Assembly (NCBI GenBank): GCA_015233675.1
Contig: JADFXH010000002.1
Coordinates: 14,794 to 78,793 of the forward strand
Length of the DNA: 64,000 bases
DNA from: Candidatus Omnitrophota bacterium
GTDB taxonomy: Bacteria; Omnitrophota; Gorgyraeia; Zapsychrales; Fredricksoniimonadaceae
Reading direction: 5' to 3'
The number at the start of each line of letters is the position of its first letter. Position 1 is the stretch's first letter. The position numbers and the translations under genes are program-made. Shown here piece by piece: positions 44,682 to 53,954 of the stretch. The notes below the pieces were generated by a model. That model saw nothing but the letters and a program-made list of their open reading frames with translations. It was not told where the DNA came from and ran no database searches.

Positions 44682-45893
44682 GTGCGGTTAATACTTATGG
44701 GGAATGCTCCTGGGAAAGTAGTGAAGAAGTTCATGAAGGCGTTATTTTTTCTGCCTGCTTTTTTGTTCGTTATTGTCATGCGTGTCCTTCGTCCGTTTGT
44801 TTTGATCAGGCTTAATTGTTTGCACAGTTATCGCATCGGGCATTTTTGCGGTAATACCGAGGTCTATTTATGTGAGAGGGATGCGGGGATGCATGGGAAC
44901 CGCGTCTTTGATATTTTTTTTTATGATTACAAAGTCTGCAATCATCAAGTTCTTAAAATGTGGAAACGCATTATTCCTGTGGTCGGGCCTTTATTTGCCT
45001 ACGGGATCATGTGGGTCAATCGTAAATTTCCGGGGTGGGAGGCTCATGAGTATATTTCCAAACCCAGCCAATATTGTGATACTAATGGACTGCTTGATAA
45101 ATCCAAAGCACATTTATATTTTACACAGCAAGAAGAACGGAAAGGGCAAAAGGCTTTACGGGATTTAGGGATCCCTGAAGGGAGCCCATTCGTTTGCTTT
45201 ATCGCTCGTGACGGCGCTTATTTAGATAAAGATTTTTCAGGTGAAGATTGGTCATATCATAATTATCGCAATTCTGATATCAAGAATTTTGATCCGGCAA
45301 TGAAATGGCTAATTGATCGCGGCTACTATGGCGTCAGAATGGGAAGTGTGGTTAAAAACAAACTTCCGTTTTCTTATCCGGGCATCATCGATTATGCGGC
45401 TAACGGGATGAGAAGTGACTTTATGGATGTGTATTTAACGATGAAATGTTCCTTCTTTTTATTTTCAGAATCGGGCATTTCCATGCTTGCGATGATTTTG
45501 CGCAAGCCGGTTGTCGGCGCCAATTTGATTCCCATAGGGTTTTTTCCTGCGTGGGGGAAAGACTATGTGTGTCTCCCTAAAAAGTTATGGTTGACAGGTG
45601 AAAAAAGGTTTTTGACGTTTCGGGAAATCGTTAAGTCTGAGATAGCTTTTTATTTTGAAGCACAACAGTATCAAAAAAGAGGCTTGGAGGTTGTTGAAAA
45701 TACTTCAGAAGAAATCCGTGATGCTGTTGAAGAAATGACGGCGAGATTAGAAAATCGATGGGAAACCAATGAGGAATATGAAGATTTACAGCGTCGGTTT
45801 TGGAGCTTATACGAACCTAATGAGATCCTGCGTGTTTTCAGGGCACGGATAGGGGCGAAATTTTTGATGCAAAACCAGGATCTTTTGAAATGA
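44682..45893 (+). CDS. Hypothetical protein, possibly a TIGR04372-type putative glycosyltransferase (start uncertain: GTG 44682, ATG 44697 or ATG 44733)
   Basis: N-terminal TM segment and a ...IRLNCLHSYRIGHFCGNTEVYLCE pattern that I recall from that family. I cannot verify this without a search. Confidence 0.4.
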   Translation: MRLILMGNAPGKVVKKFMKALFFLPAFLFVIVMRVLRPFVLIRLNCLHSYRIGHFCGNTEVYLCERDAGMHGNRVFDIFFYDYKVCNHQVLKMWKRIIPVVGPLFAYGIMWVNRKFPGWEAHEYISKPSQYCDTNGLLDKSKAHLYFTQQEERKGQKALRDLGIPEGSPFVCFIARDGAYLDKDFSGEDWSYHNYRNSDIKNFDPAMKWLIDRGYYGVRMGSVVKNKLPFSYPGIIDYAANGMRSDFMDVYLTMKCSFFLFSESGISMLAMILRKPVVGANLIPIGFFPAWGKDYVCLPKKLWLTGEKRFLTFREIVKSEIAFYFEAQQYQKRGLEVVENTSEEIRDAVEEMTARLENRWETNEEYEDLQRRFWSLYEPNEILRVFRARIGAKFLMQNQDLLK

Positions 45894-46624
45894 GCTTTGA
45901 GCAGGCAGTAATTTTTGCGGGGGGGCGCGGTGAACGGCTGAGGCCGTTGACGGATATGATCCCCAAACCAATGGCACCGGTAAATGGACGGCCGTTTGTG
46001 GACTATCTATTAAGGATGCTTCGAGATGCAGGTATTAGGCGTGTTGTTTTTTTGCTGGGATACAAGGCCGAAAGCGTGATTGATCATTACAGGAAACAGA
46101 GCATACCTGGTCTTGAGATTGACTATTCAATTGGCAAGGAAGAAGATCAGACAGGGCGCCGGTTGATCAATGCATATGAAAAATTGGAAGATAAATTTTT
46201 GCTTTTGTACGGAGATAATTATTGGCCGGCGCCGCTGGAGAAGATGAAAAAGAATTTTGAGCATTTACAGGTTCCTTTGATGACGACAGTCTTTAGTAAT
46301 AAAAAAGGGACCGGAGAGTATGGTTTTGGGAACAATGTGATGGTTGATCCAAGCGGCAGGGTGAAGGCCTATGATAAAAGCCGCCGGCTGTCAGGGCTCA
46401 ATGGAGTGGACATTGGTTTTTTTTTGATCGATAAGAACATTATTGATCCCAATGAAAACGGGAACATCTCTTTTGAGGAAGTTATTTTAGCAAAGATCGC
46501 ATCTGAAGGAAAATTGGGGGCTTTTCTAACAGATGAGCAGTATTATTATATTACCTCGTTTGACAATCTGCAGAGGTTCGAACAGATTATCAGGCAGAAA
46601 GTGATCCCGGGAAGGATTGAATGA
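45890..46624 (+). CDS. Sugar-1-phosphate nucleotidyltransferase (HddC/GmhD-like)
   Basis: AVIFAGGRGERLRPLTDMIPKPMAPV signature. Overlaps the upstream stop by 4 nt. Confidence 0.75.
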   Translation: MSFEQAVIFAGGRGERLRPLTDMIPKPMAPVNGRPFVDYLLRMLRDAGIRRVVFLLGYKAESVIDHYRKQSIPGLEIDYSIGKEEDQTGRRLINAYEKLEDKFLLLYGDNYWPAPLEKMKKNFEHLQVPLMTTVFSNKKGTGEYGFGNNVMVDPSGRVKAYDKSRRLSGLNGVDIGFFLIDKNIIDPNENGNISFEEVILAKIASEGKLGAFLTDEQYYYITSFDNLQRFEQIIRQKVIPGRIE

Positions 46625-47550
46625 TGGAACATCAGGATAAGATTAAGATTGCACAAGAAGTGTTAAGGCTCAGGCTTAGCCAGATATTGGTCAATGACAG
46701 GTATAAAAAGGGTGATTTCAAGGTGCCTATTCATCTGGCCCTGGGACATGAAGCGATCGCCGTGGCGGTGAGTGCTATTATGGAGGGGAAAGACCAGCTG
46801 GTTTTGACCCACCGGAATATTCATTACAATTTGGCTAGGGCAGGCTCGTTAAAAGGCGAGTTAGATGAATATTATCTAAAGCCGCAAGGGCTGGCTCGCG
46901 GGCTGCTGGGTTCGATGAATTTGGATAATGATAACCGCGGGGTGGTTTATTCTTCCAGCATTTTAGGTAATAATTTACCGGTGGCGGCCGGCCTGAGTTT
47001 GGGTAATAAGGTCAAATCCCAGGAAAGCATCGTCATAGTAGTCACCGGTGACGGGGCCATTGAAGAAGGAAGTTTTTATGAAAGTTTGGTTTTTCTAAAG
47101 AGCAATGGATTATCAGAGCTCATCATTATCGAAAACAATCAATGGTCATTGGCTACGCGCATTGAGGAGAGACGATGCCCCATTGATCTTGCCAAATTCG
47201 CAGATTCTTTAGGGGTCCGTTATGAAATTTTTAGTTCTAATAATCCTTTTGAATATATTTCAAAATTAGCGGATTACCGTCAATGGTCTTTGAGCAATAA
47301 AGCTCCTGTTTGTGTTGAAGTGCAGCTGACCACCTTAGGCCATTGGAGAATGAAGACCGATGGATATCCTGAGGGAAAGTTTATTAATTATCACGCCGGC
47401 CCGGCACCAGACGTGGATAGCCAAAAGGATTATATCTTTACGTCGACAAAAGAGGACGTTGTCTTCGTGCTCCGGGAGCATTTCAAAAAGGAAGAGATCG
47501 AGGCCATGGCGGATCGTATATTATCCCAGTTACAAAAGGAAATAGCATGA
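46621..47550 (+). CDS. ThDP-dependent 2-oxoacid dehydrogenase E1 alpha-like subunit
   Basis: HLALGHEAIAV and ThDP motif TGDGAIEEGSFYES...IIENNQWS. Confidence 0.8.
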   Translation: MMEHQDKIKIAQEVLRLRLSQILVNDRYKKGDFKVPIHLALGHEAIAVAVSAIMEGKDQLVLTHRNIHYNLARAGSLKGELDEYYLKPQGLARGLLGSMNLDNDNRGVVYSSSILGNNLPVAAGLSLGNKVKSQESIVIVVTGDGAIEEGSFYESLVFLKSNGLSELIIIENNQWSLATRIEERRCPIDLAKFADSLGVRYEIFSSNNPFEYISKLADYRQWSLSNKAPVCVEVQLTTLGHWRMKTDGYPEGKFINYHAGPAPDVDSQKDYIFTSTKEDVVFVLREHFKKEEIEAMADRILSQLQKEIA

Positions 47551-48515
47551 AATACGTAGAATACATTAATAAGCTCATTAAAGACGAGGTTCTCAGGGCC
47601 GATCGTATGGTCATATTCGGACAAAATATCAATGCCGGTTCATGCCTCTCGGGATTGACCAAGAACCTTAAAGTTAAAAAAGGCAATTTGATCATCAATA
47701 CCCCTAATTGCGAGAATTCCCTGGTAGGTATCGGCTTCGGGGCTATGATGAACGGGGTATCCGCTGCCTTTATGATGAAGCAGCAAGATTTCCTTTTGCT
47801 AGGCATCGACCAATTGGTCAATACGTATAATATCATCCGTCAAAGATCCGCGGGAGAAGGGTCATTTACCATCATGACCATTATCGTAGACAATGGTTAT
47901 GAGGGCCCCCAGTCACGATTAAATCATTTTGGTGATTTTTGTTCGATCGCGGGTATTCAGGGCTTTACCATCACCAATACGGCGGATGCGAAAGAGATCA
48001 TCTCCTCACAGTTCAATGCGCCGGGATTTCGTATCATCGGCATCAGCCAGCGTTTGTTTAAACAAGAGATCATGGAGATGAATGTCCTGAGCGTGAGCCC
48101 TGACCGTTCGGTATTTCAATATGCCCAGGGCAAACAGGCGACCATTATATGTTTCAATCTATCCTTACCTTATGGGGTGGTAATGGCCGGCCGTCTTAAA
48201 GAAAAAGGATTATCAGCATCGTTATTCTCGGTGAATAGTCCGGTCCCTGTTAACTGGGATGAGCTGGTCCATGATATAAACAAAACAGGGACATTGATTC
48301 TGATCGATGACCTTAAAAGCAGGAATTTGGCCAGCGATAATCTTTTAGTCAAGGTCCTGGGACATTGTACGTTGAAGCAAAAGTTCATTATCCGTAGAAG
48401 GCCTGAGGAAAATGTGTTTAGTCCTCACCATGATCAGATGGTCATTGACTATGACCATATCGTTGGGCAATTGGCAACGGAATGGCAGGGGGGCTTAAAG
48501 TCCGCTGAGATCTAA
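47547..48515 (+). CDS. E1 beta-like (transketolase pyrimidine-binding) subunit
   Basis: VIFGQNI...NTPNCENSLVGIGFGAMMNG pattern. Translationally coupled to the alpha subunit (ATGA overlap). Confidence 0.75.
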   Translation: MKYVEYINKLIKDEVLRADRMVIFGQNINAGSCLSGLTKNLKVKKGNLIINTPNCENSLVGIGFGAMMNGVSAAFMMKQQDFLLLGIDQLVNTYNIIRQRSAGEGSFTIMTIIVDNGYEGPQSRLNHFGDFCSIAGIQGFTITNTADAKEIISSQFNAPGFRIIGISQRLFKQEIMEMNVLSVSPDRSVFQYAQGKQATIICFNLSLPYGVVMAGRLKEKGLSASLFSVNSPVPVNWDELVHDINKTGTLILIDDLKSRNLASDNLLVKVLGHCTLKQKFIIRRRPEENVFSPHHDQMVIDYDHIVGQLATEWQGGLKSAEI

Positions 48516-48549
48516 TGGATTTAATCCATAGAAAGGGTCGGGGTCGGGT

Positions 48550-49083
48550 ATGGATTTTGGTATTCATTTGAAAACAGTCGCTGAGCATATTCTTTTGGTA
48601 GACTTGAAAGTGCTTGAGAAAACAAAGGGCCTGATCAAGGGGACGTCAGCCGTCGGTGGAAAGATCATTATCGCGGGCAATGGCGCGAGCGCGGTCATCG
48701 CCAGCCATGTGGCAGTAGACTTGACCAAAGCTTCCGGAGTCCGGGCAGTTAACTTTAATGAAGCAGACCTTATTACATGCTTTGCAAACGATTACGGGTA
48801 TGAACATTGGATTGAGAAGGCGCTTGATTTTTATGCTGATGGCAAGGATGTGGTCATTTTGATCAGCAGCAGCGGTCAGTCAGCCAATATTGTGAATGCC
48901 GCCTTGAAGGCAAAGGCAATGGGACTAAAGGTCATTACGTTATCAGGTTTCCGAGAGGATAATAATTTAAGGAAGTTAGGGGATATAAATCTTTGGGTTA
49001 ACAGTTCTGAATATAACATTGTTGAAACAGTTCATCAGGCATGGCTTTTAGCTGTGGTTGATCAGATCGCGTCAGAAAGGTGA
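48550..49083 (+). CDS. gmhA: SIS-domain sedoheptulose-7-phosphate isomerase (GmhA-like)
   Basis: IIAGNGASAVIASHVAVDL and LISSSGQSANIV motifs. 177 aa. Confidence 0.7.
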   Translation: MDFGIHLKTVAEHILLVDLKVLEKTKGLIKGTSAVGGKIIIAGNGASAVIASHVAVDLTKASGVRAVNFNEADLITCFANDYGYEHWIEKALDFYADGKDVVILISSSGQSANIVNAALKAKAMGLKVITLSGFREDNNLRKLGDINLWVNSSEYNIVETVHQAWLLAVVDQIASER

Positions 49084-49087
49084 TATT

Positions 49088-50137
49088 ATGAAGGTTCTGG
49101 TTACGGGAAATCAGGGCTATATCGGAAGCGTCTTGGTAGACATGCTGTTGGAAAAGAAATACGAAGTCGTTGGTTATGATATTGGTTATTACGCGGATTG
49201 TTTGTTATATCCCTATAATCCCAAGATCAAACAGATCATTAAAGATATTCGTGACATTAACCCAGAAGATATGAAAGGCATCGATGCGGTCATACATCTG
49301 GCTGCCCTTTCCAATGACCCGCTTGGCGAACTGGCACCAGGGTTGACTGAAGAAATCAATTTCAGTGGTACGATCGCTGCGGCAAAAGCGGCAAAGAAGG
49401 CGGGGGTAAAGAGGTTTATTTATTCTTCTTCTCAGAGCATGTATGGTATTTCAAAATTGGATGAAGAGCTCCAGGAGGATAATAGCGAGAAATATCCCCT
49501 GACTGCCTACGCGCGTACCAAATGGGAGGCGGAGTGTGAGTTAGCCAGGATTGCGGACCAGAATTTCCATGTGATTTCTTTTAGGCCCTCAACGGTCTTT
49601 GGCGCGAGTCCTAGGCTGCGCTGTGATATTGTTTATAATAATTTAGTTGCCTGCGCCTATACTACAGGCAAAATTGAGATCAAGAGTGACGGAACGCCTT
49701 GGCGCCCGGTGGTGCATATAAGGGATGTTTCCAATGCCTATATCGCGGGTCTTGAAGCGCCGCTGGATATTGTTTCCGGGCAGGCTTTTAATGTAGGTAT
49801 CCCCAATGGTAATTTTACCGTTCGAGAGCTTGCGCAAGCGGCCCAGCGGGCGGTGGTAGGCAGTACTCTTATATTTACCGGAGAACATGGGAATGATTCG
49901 CGGACGTATAGAGTCAGTTTTAATAAAATATTGACCAGGCTGAAGGACTATTTCAAACCGGAATGGGACCTTGACCGCGGTGGGAAAGAATTGGTCGAAT
50001 TTTTTAAAAAGACCAATTTTAAAGAAGATCATTTCCGCGATCGTGCTTGTATCCGGTTAAAGCAAATCAATTATTTGCGTTCGCATGAAAATATCGATGA
50101 AAAACTTAGATGGACGGTTAAAAGGGAGATTTCATGA
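49088..50137 (+). CDS. NAD-dependent sugar-nucleotide dehydratase/epimerase (extended SDR)
   Basis: VTGNQGYIGSVL and YARTK motifs. I prefer ATG 49088 to the start at 49058. Confidence 0.8.
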   Translation: MKVLVTGNQGYIGSVLVDMLLEKKYEVVGYDIGYYADCLLYPYNPKIKQIIKDIRDINPEDMKGIDAVIHLAALSNDPLGELAPGLTEEINFSGTIAAAKAAKKAGVKRFIYSSSQSMYGISKLDEELQEDNSEKYPLTAYARTKWEAECELARIADQNFHVISFRPSTVFGASPRLRCDIVYNNLVACAYTTGKIEIKSDGTPWRPVVHIRDVSNAYIAGLEAPLDIVSGQAFNVGIPNGNFTVRELAQAAQRAVVGSTLIFTGEHGNDSRTYRVSFNKILTRLKDYFKPEWDLDRGGKELVEFFKKTNFKEDHFRDRACIRLKQINYLRSHENIDEKLRWTVKREIS

Positions 50138-50670
50138 AGTTCTTTGAACAGAAACTTCCAGGGGTTTTTATTATCGAGCCGGAACCTTTTGCTGACGAGC
50201 GAGGTATGTTCCGCAGGCATTTCTGCCAGCGTGAATTTGAAGCTCATGGCATCAGCAGTCGTGTGGCCCAAAGCAATATTTCAGAGAACAAGTTTAAACA
50301 TACCTTGCGGGGTTTTCATTATTTGCTTGCTCCCCATGCAGAAGCAAAAACCATTTCCTGTTTAGCGGGAGGGATTTACGATATTATCGTTGATCTGCGC
50401 CCTCACTCGCCGACTTATCTGCAATGGCAGTCTTTTGAACTGGATGGGAAAAACCGCAGGAGTCTCCATATCCCGCCGGGATGTGCCAATGCGTTCTTAA
50501 CCATGGAGGATAATTCCATAATTCATTATTATTTTTCGGAATTTTATTTTGCTCAAGCTGAACGCGGGCTGCGTTATAACGATCCTTTGTTTAAATTTAT
50601 ATGGCCCGTGGAGCCTAAGGCTATATCTGGAAAAGATAAGAATTTTCCAGACTATACGCCTGTAAAATGA
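50134..50670 (+). CDS. RmlC-like cupin sugar-nucleotide 3,5-epimerase
   Basis: PGVFIIEPEPFADERGMFRRHF and RGFHY motifs of the dTDP-4-dehydrorhamnose 3,5-epimerase family. Confidence 0.8.
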   Translation: MKFFEQKLPGVFIIEPEPFADERGMFRRHFCQREFEAHGISSRVAQSNISENKFKHTLRGFHYLLAPHAEAKTISCLAGGIYDIIVDLRPHSPTYLQWQSFELDGKNRRSLHIPPGCANAFLTMEDNSIIHYYFSEFYFAQAERGLRYNDPLFKFIWPVEPKAISGKDKNFPDYTPVK

Positions 50671-50677
50671 TAGTCAT

Positions 50678-51571
50678 ATGAAAATATTTGTCACTGGCAT
50701 AACCGGTTTTGTCGGATCTCATCTTTGGGATTTCTTTAATTCATCCGATAAGGTTTATGTCCTTGCCCGCTCTCCTTTAGAGCTCAATGGACGTAAGGCG
50801 AAGGTTGTTAAAGGCGATCTGAATACGCCGGCAGAATTTTTTAATGAACTTAAAGAAATTAAACCGGATGTCTGTATACATTTAGCTTGGGAAGGCATTC
50901 CTGACTTTAGTTATGAAAAATCTTTTAAGAATTTACAGCAGGGCGCCGCATTGTTACGCTGTCTGGTTGAAGAATGTGGATGTCGCAAAATCATTGTTGG
51001 AGGGACCTGTTTTGAGTATGGCAAGCCATTTGGAGCCTGCCGTGAAGATGAAGAAGCGGCGGTGAATTCATATTTTGTTTGGGCAAAGCACTCTCTTTAT
51101 AATTTTGGCAAACTATTGGCATCAAAAGACAATGTCTCGTTTATCTGGTTTAGGTTCTTTTATGTTTATGGCCCCGGGCAACGCGGGGGATCTCTTATCC
51201 CAACCTTGGCCGATACGCTGATTAAGAATGAATTTCCGGCGGTCAAGACACCATTGAATGCTAATGATTTTATTTATGTCAAGGATGTTGCCGAAGCCCT
51301 GGTTTTGGCAGCCCGTAAGGAAATCCCGACGGGTATTTATAATCTTGGCACAGGGGTATCGGTGCCGGTATGGAAGGTCTGCGAACATCTTGAGAAATCT
51401 ATGGGAAGAGACCCCCTGTACGCCAAGCGATTGCGTGAAGCACATGTTCAACCGACAGCAAACTATTGGGCGGATATGTCCAAGTCTGCCGGTACTCTTT
51501 CCTGGAGCCCAAGGATTAAAATTGAGGAAGGTATACGTCAATACGTTAAGAGCATGGAGATAAAGGTATGA
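50678..51571 (+). CDS. NAD(P)-dependent sugar-nucleotide reductase/epimerase (SDR)
   Basis: VTGITGFVGSHL Rossmann motif. Confidence 0.75.
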   Translation: MKIFVTGITGFVGSHLWDFFNSSDKVYVLARSPLELNGRKAKVVKGDLNTPAEFFNELKEIKPDVCIHLAWEGIPDFSYEKSFKNLQQGAALLRCLVEECGCRKIIVGGTCFEYGKPFGACREDEEAAVNSYFVWAKHSLYNFGKLLASKDNVSFIWFRFFYVYGPGQRGGSLIPTLADTLIKNEFPAVKTPLNANDFIYVKDVAEALVLAARKEIPTGIYNLGTGVSVPVWKVCEHLEKSMGRDPLYAKRLREAHVQPTANYWADMSKSAGTLSWSPRIKIEEGIRQYVKSMEIKV

Positions 51572-52554
51572 TTATTTCAAGGACACCGCTTCGGATGAGT
51601 TTTTCAGGGGGAGGATCGGATATTCCGGATTATTACAGGCATCGTCAAGGAGCTGTCGTGTCCACGGCCATCGATAAATATATTTATATCACCGTCAATC
51701 AGAAATTTGATGATTTGATACGCGTTAGTTATTCAAAAACGGAGATGGTTAAGTCGATAAAAGAGGTTGAGCATAATATTATCCGTGAAGCTTTGAAGAT
51801 GGTGGGTATTACCAAAGGGATTGAAGTTGTTTATATGGGGGATATTCCTTTGGGATCTGCAGGTATAGGGTTGGGCTCATCAAGCAGTCTGGCGGTTGGT
51901 GTTCTTAACGCCCTTTATGCCTATCAGGGACGGCATGTATCGGCAGATCAACTGGCACGCGAAGCATGTGAGATCGAATTGAATATTTTAAAGAATCCTA
52001 TTGGAAAACAGGACCAGTACATTGCGGCGTATGGAGGATTTCAGCATATTCAGTTTAATTCAGATGAAAGCGTATTTGTTGACCCTGTAATTTTTCCGGC
52101 GGAAACAAAGCAGGCTTTGAACAAGAAACTTCTTTTGTTTTATACAGGGATCACTCGGATTTCTTCTTCGATTCTCAAAGAGCAGGGTCAAAATACGCCG
52201 AAGAATATAGAGCATGTTAATGGCCTGGTAGAACTTTCACGTCAGCTTTTAAAAAAACTTCAGGCAAACGATCTCCATGGGTTCGGAGAGATTTTGCATG
52301 AAGGATGGAGGCTCAAGAAAAAGCTTGCCAGCGGAATAACAAACGTTGAAATTGATGATTATTATGAAAAAGCATTGAAGGCCGGAGCAGTTGGCGGAAA
52401 GATTTTGGGGGCAGGCGGAGGAGGATTTTTGCTTTTTTATTGTGAAGAATATAACCAGAACAGTGTGCGCAAAGCCCTTGCCGGCCTCAAAGAGACGCCA
52501 TTTAATTTTGAACCGCAAGGAAGCAAGATCATTTACGTTCATGACCAGCAGTGA
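51568..52554 (+). CDS. GHMP-family sugar kinase (D-glycero-D-manno-heptose-7-phosphate kinase HddA-like)
   Basis: SRTPLRMSFSGGGSD N-terminus and GHMP motif PLGSAGIGLGSSSSLAVG. Confidence 0.7.
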   Translation: MIISRTPLRMSFSGGGSDIPDYYRHRQGAVVSTAIDKYIYITVNQKFDDLIRVSYSKTEMVKSIKEVEHNIIREALKMVGITKGIEVVYMGDIPLGSAGIGLGSSSSLAVGVLNALYAYQGRHVSADQLAREACEIELNILKNPIGKQDQYIAAYGGFQHIQFNSDESVFVDPVIFPAETKQALNKKLLLFYTGITRISSSILKEQGQNTPKNIEHVNGLVELSRQLLKKLQANDLHGFGEILHEGWRLKKKLASGITNVEIDDYYEKALKAGAVGGKILGAGGGGFLLFYCEEYNQNSVRKALAGLKETPFNFEPQGSKIIYVHDQQ

Positions 52555-52572
52555 TTAGGAAAGGGAGCAAGT

Positions 52573-53952
52573 ATGAAGAGTGATTTGGATATTTTTGATT
52601 TGGAGCTAAAAGGTGTCGTTGACGCGAAGGAAGCTGACGGGATTCTTAGAAAACTGATCGGGAAGGCAATTGAAAAACATTATCAATACGTTCACAAACC
52701 CCGTTTAGATTTTGTGCCCGGCAAATCGCCTGTTCCTTTGGCTGGCCGTGTTTATGATGCCGAGGAAATGAAGATGCTGGGAGAAACAGTGCTTGATTTC
52801 TGGTTGACGGGGGGAAGATTTGAGAAGCAATTTGAAAAAGAATTTACTCGTTTTTTAGGGGAACGGTTTTGTGTGCTGACCAATTCAGGCTCTTCGGCCA
52901 ATCTTTTAGCGGTATCAGCATTAACATCGCATTTATTGAAAGACCGTCAGCTTAAGCCCGGTGATGAAGTGCTGACGGTTGCCGCTGGTTTTCCAACGAC
53001 AATAGCCCCCATTGTGCAAAACGGACTGGTCCCGGTGCTGGTTGATATTGATACGGGAACATATAATGTAAACGTCGACCAACTTGAGGGGGCCGTTTCT
53101 ACTAAGACCAAAGCCATCATCCTGGCGCACACCTTGGCTAATCCATTTAATCTCCAACGCGTACAGGCTCTAGCAGAGAAACATCATTTGTGGTTGATTG
53201 AGGATAGCTGCGATGCCTTGGGGTCGCTGTATCAAGGGCGTCCGGTCGGAACTTTTGGACATATGGCCACATTTAGCTTTTATCCCGCCCACCATATTAC
53301 TATGGGGGAAGGCGGAGCTGTTGTAACGAATGACCCCATCTTAAAGAAGGCGATCGCTTCTTTTCGTGATTGGGGCAGGGACTGTGATTGCGACACGGGC
53401 AAGGACAACACTTGCGGTAAAAGATTCTCCTGGCAGCTGGGGGATTTGCCCCAAGGCTATGACCATAAGTATATTTATTCTCATCTTGGGTACAATCTGA
53501 AATTAACGGATATGCAAGCGGCCATTGGCGTTGCTCAGATGAAGAAGTTAGGCTCTTTTATACAAACCAGGCGTAGTAATTGGCAACACCTTTTAGACAA
53601 GTTAAAAGATTTGGAGGAGTATTTTATTTTACCGCGCGCGGAAGAATTTTCAGAGCCAAGTTGGTTTGGTTTTCTTTTGACCATTCGTCCGGCATCTCCT
53701 TTTAAAAGAATTGATCTGGTGAGGTTTCTGGAAGAACACAAGATTGCAACACGGATGCTGTTTGCCGGCAATATTACCAAACAGCCGGGATTTAAGAATA
53801 TTCCCTGCCGGGTGCCGTTTGATCTTAGTAATACAAATTTTACTATGAGCAATACATTTTGGGTAGGGGTATATCCGGGAATATCACATGTTATGTTGGA
53901 CTATACTGCCGGACAGATCAGGGATTTTGTCAACCGTTTAAGGAAGGTGTAG
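52573..53952 (+). CDS. rfbH: NDP-4-keto-6-deoxy-sugar 3-dehydrase, E1 type (RfbH/DdhC; PMP- and [2Fe-2S]-dependent)
   Basis: DegT/DnrJ/EryC1 fold. YPAHHIT has His in place of the PLP lysine. The cysteine spacing is exactly C-X57-C-X1-C-X7-C (SCDALG...[17 protein letters not shown]). Confidence 0.8.
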   Translation: MKSDLDIFDLELKGVVDAKEADGILRKLIGKAIEKHYQYVHKPRLDFVPGKSPVPLAGRVYDAEEMKMLGETVLDFWLTGGRFEKQFEKEFTRFLGERFCVLTNSGSSANLLAVSALTSHLLKDRQLKPGDEVLTVAAGFPTTIAPIVQNGLVPVLVDIDTGTYNVNVDQLEGAVSTKTKAIILAHTLANPFNLQRVQALAEKHHLWLIEDSCDALGSLYQGRPVGTFGHMATFSFYPAHHITMGEGGAVVTNDPILKKAIASFRDWGRDCDCDTGKDNTCGKRFSWQLGDLPQGYDHKYIYSHLGYNLKLTDMQAAIGVAQMKKLGSFIQTRRSNWQHLLDKLKDLEEYFILPRAEEFSEPSWFGFLLTIRPASPFKRIDLVRFLEEHKIATRMLFAGNITKQPGFKNIPCRVPFDLSNTNFTMSNTFWVGVYPGISHVMLDYTAGQIRDFVNRLRKV

Positions 53953-53954
53953 CC

